Positions 8,572-17,095 of a DNA stretch of 26,992 nt are shown here, in pieces (positions within the stretch are counted from its first letter, which is position 1; the number at the start of each line of letters is the position of its first letter). The stretch lies in the NCBI GenBank assembly GCA_038227875.1, contig JBBRPR010000088.1:1-26992 (forward strand), read 5' to 3'. This DNA is from Planctomycetota bacterium (GTDB taxonomy: Bacteria > Planctomycetota > SZUA-567 > H5-PLA8). The notes beneath the pieces are model-generated. The model ran no database searches, was not told the DNA's origin, and was given only the letters and a program-made list of their open reading frames with translations. A program made the position numbers and the translations under genes.

Positions 8572-8746
8572 GTAGTCCGGGCGTCTCGCCCGGTCTAACT
8601 TCGGAACAAGCAGGAATGGCAACTTCGTTCGTTGAAGCGCTCTACCGCGAAGCAACACCGTTTGCTTCGCGGTAAAGTAAGCAACGCTCGGAACCTTCCG
8701 GCATTCGGCTCCGGTGTAGTTAGACCGGGCGGGACGCCCGGACTAC
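8572..8746. repeat. GTAG-tagged REP doublet (REPIN-like) with a central hairpin
   Basis: gtagtccgggcgtctcgcccggtctaact (8572-8600) and an inverted copy at 8718-8746 (28/29 identical); central 13-bp perfect stem taccgcgaagcaa/ttgcttcgcggta (8643-8674). Confidence 0.85.
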
Positions 8747-8766
8747 GAACTGCCAACGCCAGACAA

Positions 8767-11592
8767 TCAAACGTGCCAAATCTGCACATCACCATTCTTC
8801 AGAAACAGCGCGTACTCATCCACGCCTTCCGCCGGCAGCACCGCGTACGGTTCTTCGCCCGGTCCGGCGACGCTGCAGGAGATGACGAGAGTTTCGCCTT
8901 CGGTATGATAGACGCGCACTTCCGTCTTCGTCGCGGCGATGAGATCGCCGCCGCGCGTGAAGCCGATCACCGGCGCGAACATGCCCTGCCCGAAGTTGAT
9001 CCTGTTCTGCTTCCCACCCTTCCCCTCCGGCCAAAGGACCACGCCGCCCTCCTCCATCGCGATGGCAATGCGCGTGCGGGTGAACGGGGCGGAGGCGACG
9101 ATGCTGCGGATCGTCCGGTGGAGTTGCGTGACTTCGGATTTGCCGGCGTGGAAGGTGATCAAGCCGGATGCGCCGTCGGAGATGTAGGCGTGATCGTTTC
9201 GAACGGCCATGGGGACGGGAAAAACGGGTTCGTCTTTGGAGCCGACAAAATGTGGAATGTCATGGCTCGCAAACAGCTTGTTGCCCCTACCGAAGACCTC
9301 TAAGTTGCAGTCGATGGCGTCAAAGGCACCGTCTACGCGGAGGATATACGTTACATCGCGTTCATCATACCTGAATGCAACAGTATCGGGAGTTAGCTCG
9401 TCCGGCCTTTCAAAAACGAACTCATTCCACTTACCCCCAATATGCCGATGTTTTTTGTTTAGAATCACGATGTCATGATGTTCATTGTGCGGGGCACAAA
9501 TTGCCAATTCGTCCCCAGAACCTATGACCTCAAATTTCTTTCCTACCTGAGTTTTTCCATTCCAGCTACCCCGTACAATCTTCGTAAGAATGTGATCCTT
9601 CGAACCCCCTCCGATTGCAAGAAATCCATCAGCATAGCTTACGGCCGATGACCACTCGTTGCTTATTTCTTTCAGCGATATCGTCCGCACCAACTTCCGC
9701 GTCACCGGCTTGTTCGACACCTTTAGCGCCGGCTTGTGCGGCTTCGGCGCGGTCTGGCGTTCCTTCTTCAATCGATGCTCGATGTACCGGCCCGCGTCGC
9801 GCGAGAGCAGGCGGTCTTCTGGGGCGAGGTTGGCCACGGCGGTGGTTAGCGCGCGGACGCGGTCGGTGGCTTTGGCCATCAATTGTCCGGCCAACACGCG
9901 CGTGGTGTCGGCGGATTTGGCGCGGAACGCGGCGTCGGGATAGACCAGGCTCTGCCGCGAGCAGATTTCCACCGCCGTCTGCGTCTGCCAGTCGGGAAGT
10001 TTGTGCGCGCGCAAGCCCTGCACGACTTTCAGCGCGGCACCGTGGCGGCCGAGCTTTCCCAGCAGCGCGAACTGCGCGGTCAGGCACTGCTCGGCCTGCG
10101 GCGTGTCCGGCCAACCGGCGCTCAACGCGGCCAGCGCTTCGTCGTGCTCGCCCATCGAGTCGCTTAAAATCCGCGCGGCGCTGACCCGGTCCATCCGCGC
10201 GAGCGCTTCATCCACGGCTTTGCGGTACGCGGCGCGGGCTTCGTCGGGGCGTTCGATCCTGGTGTAGAGCCGCGCGACCTCCAGCCACTGCTTGAGCTCT
10301 TCGCGCAGCGCGATCGCTTCGGTGATTAGCCCGCCTTCTTCCAGGCATTCGGCGGCCAGCGCCTTGTTTTTAATCAGGTCGCGGTAGATCACGGCGGCTT
10401 CGCGGAAATGGCGGCCCTGCTTCAGCGCGTTGGCGGCGGCGTTGTGATCGCCGAGCAGTTCGGAAAAAATATACGCGGCGCGGCGGAAACGCCCGAGCGC
10501 CAGTTCGCGGTTGGCGGCCTTGAGGTACTTCTGCCGCAGCTCCATGCGCATTTTTTCCGACATGCCCCACGGATCGACAGCCTGGCCGCCGCGCAAATTG
10601 TTGAGACTGAAATTGGTTCCGCGCCGGACCAGGCTCGCGCCCGGCGGCGACGCGCCGCGCGGCTGGCCTTCCTTGCCGGCCAGCGGAATCGCGTAGCTCA
10701 AGCCGTTGTCGGGATCTTCGTCGAGCATGCGCGAGAGCCGGTCGAGCTCCTTGTTGCGCGCGTTTTCCAGTTGCTCGCTAAGACGCTGAACGTGCGCGGC
10801 GGCCCATTCTTTGAATGCGTCGAAAAGTCCGCCGCCCGCGCCACCCCCGGAACTTCCAGCACTGCCGCTGGCACCCGCTCCGCCGAAGCCGCCCAGTCCG
10901 CCGGGGATCAGGCTGCCGATTCCCGCGGCGAGGCCGCCGAGCGCGCCGGCGATCGCTCCCGCCGCGCCGAGGCCCGCGATCATCACTCTGCCGGCGAGCG
11001 GGTTGGTTTCTTTGCTGTGTGGCGGCAGCGTCTCGGGCGATTTCGAACCGATGTTGCCGCGGCCGGCCTCCATTAATTCGTCGAGCGAAATGATCACGTC
11101 GGGTTCGACGCTGATAAGCCGGGGATACGGGGAGGCGCCGGGCTTGGCGCGGTCCCAGAGATCGGCGCGGCGCTCGGGAAGTTGCAACAGGTCGGCGACG
11201 GAGATCGCGTCGGCCGAGCGAAAACCGGTGAGTCCCGCGCCCGGATGGACGACGCTGATTTCAAACGCAGCCAGGTCGCTCAATTCCGCGTCGGTCACCG
11301 GCGGATCGAACTGCGCGTTGACCGGCAGGTAGACGCGTCCGGCGACGCAGCCGTAACTTTCCGCGCGCAGCATCTCTCGCGGTTTTGCACAGTCCAGCAG
11401 CACCAGCACACCAGTGGCATCGCGGTTGGAGACGGACGTCGCGAGCACGAACAATTTCGCCTTCGCCAGCGGCACATTCCAGCGCGCGAGTTCTTCGAGC
11501 CAGAGCGCCGGATCGCTACCGCCAATGAACCACGCCGCCGGCGCGTGCATGGCGTGAGGGAGTCGCGTGAGGCGGAGCGGGAGGCGGATCAC
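8767..11592 (-). CDS. MoxR-vWA-beta-propeller ternary system component (bpX3-like N-terminus, TPR-like helices, C-terminal beta-propeller; 941 aa)
   Basis: N-terminal AAWFIGGSDPALWLEELARW and VYLPVNAQFDPPV; LDEDPDNGLSYAIPL; TPR-like RRAAYIFSELLGD...EAAVIY; beta-rich C-terminus; operon context. Confidence 0.75.
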   Translation of the reverse strand: MIRLPLRLTRLPHAMHAPAAWFIGGSDPALWLEELARWNVPLAKAKLFVLATSVSNRDATGVLVLLDCAKPREMLRAESYGCVAGRVYLPVNAQFDPPVTDAELSDLAAFEISVVHPGAGLTGFRSADAISVADLLQLPERRADLWDRAKPGASPYPRLISVEPDVIISLDELMEAGRGNIGSKSPETLPPHSKETNPLAGRVMIAGLGAAGAIAGALGGLAAGIGSLIPGGLGGFGGAGASGSAGSSGGGAGGGLFDAFKEWAAAHVQRLSEQLENARNKELDRLSRMLDEDPDNGLSYAIPLAGKEGQPRGASPPGASLVRRGTNFSLNNLRGGQAVDPWGMSEKMRMELRQKYLKAANRELALGRFRRAAYIFSELLGDHNAAANALKQGRHFREAAVIYRDLIKNKALAAECLEEGGLITEAIALREELKQWLEVARLYTRIERPDEARAAYRKAVDEALARMDRVSAARILSDSMGEHDEALAALSAGWPDTPQAEQCLTAQFALLGKLGRHGAALKVVQGLRAHKLPDWQTQTAVEICSRQSLVYPDAAFRAKSADTTRVLAGQLMAKATDRVRALTTAVANLAPEDRLLSRDAGRYIEHRLKKERQTAPKPHKPALKVSNKPVTRKLVRTISLKEISNEWSSAVSYADGFLAIGGGSKDHILTKIVRGSWNGKTQVGKKFEVIGSGDELAICAPHNEHHDIVILNKKHRHIGGKWNEFVFERPDELTPDTVAFRYDERDVTYILRVDGAFDAIDCNLEVFGRGNKLFASHDIPHFVGSKDEPVFPVPMAVRNDHAYISDGASGLITFHAGKSEVTQLHRTIRSIVASAPFTRTRIAIAMEEGGVVLWPEGKGGKQNRINFGQGMFAPVIGFTRGGDLIAATKTEVRVYHTEGETLVISCSVAGPGEEPYAVLPAEGVDEYALFLKNGDVQIWHV

Positions 11593-14363
11593 TTCGACCT
11601 CCGCAGCAGGCCGCTGATTTTATCGAAGAGATTTTTGGCGGAGACTTTCATGACATTCGCCTGCAGATAGAAATTAATCCCGCATTGTTCGCCATCGGAA
11701 CTCCAGCACGCGACCTCTATATCATCGAGTACGAACGAAATTTCCGGCAGCGATTTATCCCCGCTCTTCAGATGCAACAATCCGCGCGAGTCATGAAACA
11801 CAGTGACGCCATCCGGCAGGCGGGCGATTGTCACCCTGTACCGGGTGTCCGGCGGCCGCGTCGTCGGCGAGAACGCGACCATCCGCGCGGACGGACCCAC
11901 CCACTTCTCAAATGCGAGCCGGTCCTGTGTCGGATTGTGGACCAACCGGTAGACTGTGCCGCTCTTGGCGCCAATCAGCAGTGTGCCGTTGCCGCTAAGC
12001 CCCACGCTCTTCAAGCGCGAGCGCAATGGGGGCGGGTGGTTCATCGCAGCGAGTCGCATATCGAGCCAGAATTCCCCCGGCGATGTGCCGAACACTACCT
12101 TGTTCATGTCCGCGTCGAGCACCGCGTACGAATTGTCCGTCATCTTCACCAGCAGCCGATTGCCGTCGTCGGTCGCGTCCAGCAGCTGTGCGATCATCTT
12201 GCCTTGCAGATCAAACTGCACCGCCTCGCCCTGCAGCGACGGCGTCAGCGCTCCGGTTTTGCTTAACGCCCACGGGCCGATGCCCTTCGTCTCGCGCCGC
12301 GCGAGGATCAGCGCGACGCAGTCTTTCGCCGGATGCTCGATCAGCGCCACGCGGCCACTGGGTGTGCTCAAGGTCAGTTGGTACCAGGTTAGATAGCGCT
12401 TGAAAAATCGCCCGTGAACCCACTTCTCGTGGCGTGAATTCAATTCATACGTCGAAAGCGGATTTGTATTGCCGCCAGATTGACGGCGAGGCTGATAGAC
12501 GTCGATCTGGCGATCATAAATTACAACGAAGAGTCCGTTCTGGAGCAGCACCTCTTGAGGTACTTTGCCTCGACCTTTCAATGGAAGGCAACCTGATATT
12601 GTGGGTCGTGAATCAGCGGACATGGCGTTGTACAGCAGCAAGTTGCCACCCTGCTGAGGGTCAATGACTACATAAACATTCTGTTCGCCATCGACGATAA
12701 TCTTGCGGACCGCGCCTGCCGGCACCTTGTCGCTCAACTGCCGCGCGCCGGTCTTGGAGGACTCGCGGCGCAGTAGCCGGCCGTCACGCGTGACGGTGTA
12801 GAGCGCTCCTTTTTCCGTCATGCGGCAGCGCTTCGGCTCGTACGGATACGGCAGCAGAAACGGGAATTCTTCGAGCGACAGAATCACCGGCAGATTCGGA
12901 TCGATCTTCTTGTCCTTCAGCGGCACGACGCGCGGAGAATCCGAGCGCGGCGCGAAGATCGCTTCGATTTCGAATTTTGCCTCCCGCACCAGCGTGTGAC
13001 CGCTGGGCGTAAAATGGAGCAGACGGAAATTCCCTTCCCGGTCCACGCTCGCCGCGTAGAGATTCAAATCCGGAATCGCCGCGAGCGCCGTTCTGAATTC
13101 CGCGTCGTCCAGAGCGTCGGGATGCGTGATGAGAATCGCGTCGGCCGCGCCGGCGGAATCCGGCCGCGCGTTGACCGCGTTCATGAATTCACGCACGGCC
13201 TCCGCCGGATGCGGTTCCGATTCCAGCGCGCCGAGATGCTCGACCAGCCCCGCGCGCTCGACCAATTCGGCGGACAGGAGCATCGCGCCGCTGGCGCGGT
13301 AGCAGTGGATTTCGCTCTCCGTTTCGGCCGTCGCGATCAGCGCCAGCGCCACCGACGCGGCAAACGCGCGCGGCAGCCCCCACATGCGGATGCCGCTGTC
13401 GATCAGGATTTCGCGGTGCTGCGGCGGCGTGCGCGGCGGCGATTCGCGGCGCAGGTAAAGCGCTTCGTTCAGCGCGACGCGCACAGAGAGCGTCAAATCG
13501 TCGTGCGCCAGTTCGCTGATCAACAAACGGTCCAGGTGCCCGCGGTTGGAAATGTCGGTGAAGCCGCCGAGCGGCAGTTCGTCGCACTGCGTCAGCGTGC
13601 GCGGCACGTGGACGGCCGCGAGCAGATCCAAGGCCAGCCGCGCGAGTCCCGAAAGCTCCGCGTCGTTGTCGCTGCGCAGCGCTTCCAGCAGTTTGCGCGC
13701 GCGGTCGGGCAGCGGCGCCTCGCGTTCGGCGGCCACGGGCGTCTCGTCGAGTCCCGTTTCGTGGCGGAGTTCCAATTCGCCCGTGTTCATCTTGGACGAG
13801 CAGAGCACATCCAAATCGGCCAGCAGCGATTCGCCGCTGTCGAAATCCACTGGCTGCAGCATCTCGCGCGGAATCCCGCGGCGCAGCCCCTGCAGCATCA
13901 TCTCCGCATCCGGCGGACGCACGCGCCGCTCAGCCGATTCGAAAATACTTTCTGCCAGAAAGGCCTTGCCCTGCGGCGTGCGGCGAAGGTCGTGCTTGAG
14001 CAAGTTAACGCCGTCGAGCTCCGCGAGAATTCCGGTGACGCGGCGGCTGACAATCACGTCGATGGAGCGCGCGATCACTGTTCCCGCCGACTTTGTCACC
14101 GGACAGGAGATTTGCGCAATCGCGCCGCGCAGCTCGACATCGTCCTTCCAGCCGTCGCGGCACGCGGCCAGCAGCAGCACGATCGCGCCGAACGGCGGCA
14201 GGCCTTTGGGCGCGAGGCGTTCGATCACGGCGTCGATTTCCTGCGTGAAGGCGATCGTCTTTCCGCCAAACGTGGTGATGGCACTGCCGTCGGCGCTCCA
14301 GCGCCAGAGCGGCTCGCGCGGCGGCGCGAAATAGCGGGCGACCACTTCGTCGGAGACCGTCAC
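11589..14363 (-). CDS. MoxR-vWA-beta-propeller ternary system component (bpX0/bpX1-like, degenerate vWA plus beta-propeller; 924 aa)
   Basis: GLPPFGAIVLLLAA; LPLGGFTDISNRGHLDRLLISELAHDD...RVALNEALYLRRESPP; vWA-like ILIDSGIRMWG; C-terminal DSRGLLHLKSGDKSLPEISFVL; GTGA overlaps on both sides. Confidence 0.8.
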   Translation of the reverse strand: MTVSDEVVARYFAPPREPLWRWSADGSAITTFGGKTIAFTQEIDAVIERLAPKGLPPFGAIVLLLAACRDGWKDDVELRGAIAQISCPVTKSAGTVIARSIDVIVSRRVTGILAELDGVNLLKHDLRRTPQGKAFLAESIFESAERRVRPPDAEMMLQGLRRGIPREMLQPVDFDSGESLLADLDVLCSSKMNTGELELRHETGLDETPVAAEREAPLPDRARKLLEALRSDNDAELSGLARLALDLLAAVHVPRTLTQCDELPLGGFTDISNRGHLDRLLISELAHDDLTLSVRVALNEALYLRRESPPRTPPQHREILIDSGIRMWGLPRAFAASVALALIATAETESEIHCYRASGAMLLSAELVERAGLVEHLGALESEPHPAEAVREFMNAVNARPDSAGAADAILITHPDALDDAEFRTALAAIPDLNLYAASVDREGNFRLLHFTPSGHTLVREAKFEIEAIFAPRSDSPRVVPLKDKKIDPNLPVILSLEEFPFLLPYPYEPKRCRMTEKGALYTVTRDGRLLRRESSKTGARQLSDKVPAGAVRKIIVDGEQNVYVVIDPQQGGNLLLYNAMSADSRPTISGCLPLKGRGKVPQEVLLQNGLFVVIYDRQIDVYQPRRQSGGNTNPLSTYELNSRHEKWVHGRFFKRYLTWYQLTLSTPSGRVALIEHPAKDCVALILARRETKGIGPWALSKTGALTPSLQGEAVQFDLQGKMIAQLLDATDDGNRLLVKMTDNSYAVLDADMNKVVFGTSPGEFWLDMRLAAMNHPPPLRSRLKSVGLSGNGTLLIGAKSGTVYRLVHNPTQDRLAFEKWVGPSARMVAFSPTTRPPDTRYRVTIARLPDGVTVFHDSRGLLHLKSGDKSLPEISFVLDDIEVACWSSDGEQCGINFYLQANVMKVSAKNLFDKISGLLRRSK

Positions 14364-15088
14364 GTCGCGTCGTTCTCCACTGGAGTTGCCGCAAACGACT
14401 GCCGCACCGCGCTACGCGTGGCCGAGACAAACAGCCCGCCGACGATCACGTCCCACTGGCCGTCCTCGCGAAAGAGGGCCAGATCGCCCTCGGAAAGCTG
14501 GAGCAGCGGGCGCAGAATTTCCGGATCAGAAAGCGGATGGAGGGCAAACCCACTGGGCACCGCCAGCCCGCGGTCTTCCACATATTGCACGCCGGCGATG
14601 GCCGGAACCGGGCGTCCCCAGATCACCGCGTGCGACGAGGAGAGCGCGAATTTCAGCGGGCGCAGACGGACCGTCGAAATGGAGAGCGCAAAATCGCGCC
14701 ACGTTTCGCATGTTGCCACGAGCAGGTTTGATTCGCGGATGTTCTCCGTCCGAATCAGGCGCAGCGGAACCTTTTTCGGCAGCGTTCCCGGCAGCGCGCT
14801 CGTCGGCGCGGTGACGGAGATGCCGTTCGATAGCGCGACCCAAGGCCGGGCCGGCAAGCGACCCGTTGGCACGCGCGCGCCGGCGGGAACGATCAAGCCA
14901 TCAGCGGACACCATGAAGAGCTGCGCACCCGGTAGCGCGGCCAGCGCCGCCTGGATCTGTTCGAAAGGCTCCGATCCGCGCAGCCAGACTTGATCCGCGA
15001 CCGTGCAGAATTCCACGGGCCGCAAACGCAGGCTGCTCGCGGCGGCGAGCGAAGTTTCCGGAATCCTCGCGGCCCACAGAGCGTTCAC
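14360..15088 (-). CDS. MoxR-vWA-beta-propeller ternary system component (bpX2-like; 242 aa)
   Basis: GTG at 15088 overlaps the MoxR stop (GTGA); motifs VWLRG, RVPTGRLP, RLRPLKFA, LAVPSGF, ATRSAVR. Confidence 0.7.
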   Translation of the reverse strand: MNALWAARIPETSLAAASSLRLRPVEFCTVADQVWLRGSEPFEQIQAALAALPGAQLFMVSADGLIVPAGARVPTGRLPARPWVALSNGISVTAPTSALPGTLPKKVPLRLIRTENIRESNLLVATCETWRDFALSISTVRLRPLKFALSSSHAVIWGRPVPAIAGVQYVEDRGLAVPSGFALHPLSDPEILRPLLQLSEGDLALFREDGQWDVIVGGLFVSATRSAVRQSFAATPVENDAT

Positions 15089-16263
15089 GCCGCGCCTCCC
15101 GGCTTCTGCGGAGCGGCGGATTCCGTCGCTTTCCACAACGCCTCGATGCGCTTCATCAAAAACGCACGCTGCTCGTCGTTCTTCACCCACTGACAGCGCC
15201 CCGAGAGCACGCTGACGCGGTCCTTCAGGACGGCGCGTTCGGAGGCCTGCAGCTCCTTGTTTTCCAGCTTCGCCGCGATGCCGTCGAGATCGCGCGCAAT
15301 CGCTTCCGGGTCGGGCGCGTCGGCGTGGTGCGCGCGCGGATGGTCGGCCGCGTCGGGCGGTTTGGCTTTCAGGAGCTCATCGACAATCGACGCGAGCACT
15401 TCGCGCTGCTCCAGCCGGTCCCAGATGTAACGGAAGACCCACAGGTCCGAAACGATCGCGCTGCCGCGTCCGCAGAGCAGCGCGCTGGCCGCGACGAGGC
15501 GCTGCATTTTCACGGCGCGCCGGTCGGAGACCTGGATCCCCGCGCGGCGGAGCCGGCCGACCAGATCCACGATCGGCGGACGCACGGCGCTCATGTCGAC
15601 GGTGCTCAAGATCGCCTGCAGTTTCGCGACATCGGCGACTTTCAGCGGCGGCGGGCCGCCGGCATTCCTGCGGCGCTGATCGAGCGCCCAGCCCGCGTCG
15701 AGGACGCTGCCGAGGCGCTCGGGCGGCACGTTTTCGCAGCAGACGCGCATCAGGAAGCGGTCGAAGAGCGCGTTGAGCGCGTCGTCTTCCGGCAGCCGGT
15801 TGCTGGCGCCGACGACCATCAGCGTCGGCAGCGCGCGCGTCTCACGGCCGCGGCGGAAGACGCGTTCGTTCAGCACCATCAGCAGGCTGTTGAGGATGGC
15901 GCTGTTGGCGTTCAACAGTTCGTCGAGAAAGACCAGCGACGCTTCGGGGAGCATGCCTTCGGTGTTGGTGATCAATTCGCCTTCGCGCAGTTTGCGGATG
16001 TCGAAGGGGCCGAAGATTTCATTCGGTTCGGTGAAGCGCGTGAGCAGGTAATCGAAAACATTTCCGTCCAACTTGCGCGCGAGTTCCTGAACCAGCGCGC
16101 TCTTGGCCGTTCCGGGCGGGCCGAGCAGGAACAGGTTCTCACCGCCGACGAGGCAGACGCCCATCAGGTCGACGATTTCATCCTTGCCGACGAAGGCCTG
16201 CTTAATCGGCGCGAGCGCTTCCTGCGTGAGGCGGCGGCCGAGTTCCAGAATTTCATCGGACAT
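15085..16263 (-). CDS. MoxR/RavA-family AAA+ ATPase (bpMoxR-like; 392 aa)
   Basis: Walker A GPPGTAKS, YLLTRFTEPNEIFGP, Walker B VFLDE, ASN sensor, ALFDRF arginine finger, SDRR sensor-2. Confidence 0.95.
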   Translation of the reverse strand: MSDEILELGRRLTQEALAPIKQAFVGKDEIVDLMGVCLVGGENLFLLGPPGTAKSALVQELARKLDGNVFDYLLTRFTEPNEIFGPFDIRKLREGELITNTEGMLPEASLVFLDELLNANSAILNSLLMVLNERVFRRGRETRALPTLMVVGASNRLPEDDALNALFDRFLMRVCCENVPPERLGSVLDAGWALDQRRRNAGGPPPLKVADVAKLQAILSTVDMSAVRPPIVDLVGRLRRAGIQVSDRRAVKMQRLVAASALLCGRGSAIVSDLWVFRYIWDRLEQREVLASIVDELLKAKPPDAADHPRAHHADAPDPEAIARDLDGIAAKLENKELQASERAVLKDRVSVLSGRCQWVKNDEQRAFLMKRIEALWKATESAAPQKPGGAA

Positions 16264-16267
16264 AAAT

Positions 16268-16909
16268 TCAAACCTCCTGAGTCTTTAAATCCGCCGCGAG
16301 CGCCGGACAGAGTTCCGGAAACGCGCCGATGCCTTCGCGCACTGCTTCGATCACGCGCGGATCGTCCAACCGCGAGCGCTCCGCAAATTGAATAATGCGA
16401 TCCGCATAAAGCCGTCGCAGACTGGGATGCGCGATGAACAGGGCGAGTTCCGTCGCCAGCACCGGCGGCAGATTCTTGATGCCCACCGACGAAAGCGGCC
16501 ATGCTTTCGCCAACGCCAGCAGTCCGACGTTGAGCGGATCTTCCTCCGCGGCGCCGCGCGCCAGCGCGAGCAGATCGGGCAGGTAGCGCAGAGAAAGATC
16601 GACGGAATAGCACACCGCTGGCGACGGCTGTTCCGGGCATGGCACCGAAAGCGCCGCGCGCACGGTCTCGGCGCTGACTTCGCGAAAGATCAGAAACTGA
16701 CAGGCCTGGTGCAACAGCGTCGCCGCCCAGAGTGCCGCGTCGGGGCGGAATTCCGGCACGTCCCCGGCGAGTTCCGCGCGAGCGAGCAGATCCATCTCGC
16801 GCAGTTTGGACTCGGCGTGAGCGCGCGCGTCCGGCGTTTTGTCCGGCACAATGGACACGCGAACGCGGCCATTCTCATGCAACGCCGTTAAAAATGCAGG
16901 AAGCGACAT
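16268..16909 (-). CDS. MoxR-vWA-beta-propeller ternary system component (bpX4-like; 213 aa)
   Basis: FLTALHENGRV, AALWAATLLHQACQFL, YSVDLSLRYLPDL, WPLSSVG, LRRLYADRII; ends 4 nt before the MoxR start. Confidence 0.75.
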   Translation of the reverse strand: MSLPAFLTALHENGRVRVSIVPDKTPDARAHAESKLREMDLLARAELAGDVPEFRPDAALWAATLLHQACQFLIFREVSAETVRAALSVPCPEQPSPAVCYSVDLSLRYLPDLLALARGAAEEDPLNVGLLALAKAWPLSSVGIKNLPPVLATELALFIAHPSLRRLYADRIIQFAERSRLDDPRVIEAVREGIGAFPELCPALAADLKTQEV

Positions 16910-17095
16910 GCAGTGATCCCGGTGCGATAAATAGTGGTTTTGAGAGTAACCGGCGATGGCAGACGATCAAGGCGCCGTCCCGGCGGATTTTCCAAACAGA
17001 TTTTTTTAATATTTCGTTATTCAAACCCTCACCCGTGACGGCCAATCCATAGAGGGAGCGAAAAGGGGCTGCTGCCTCGATCGGCGGAGACTACA

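Noticed and set aside
6711..8675. 654-aa plus-strand ORF
   Set aside because: Antisense to well-supported ABC genes
9240..12700. Diversity-generating retroelement as the cause of the variable patches
   Set aside because: No reverse transcriptase or template repeat seen; the patches are long, internal and AT-shifted, unlike adenine-specific VR mutagenesis
12996..14993. 665-aa plus-strand ORF
   Set aside because: Antisense to the translationally coupled ternary-system genes
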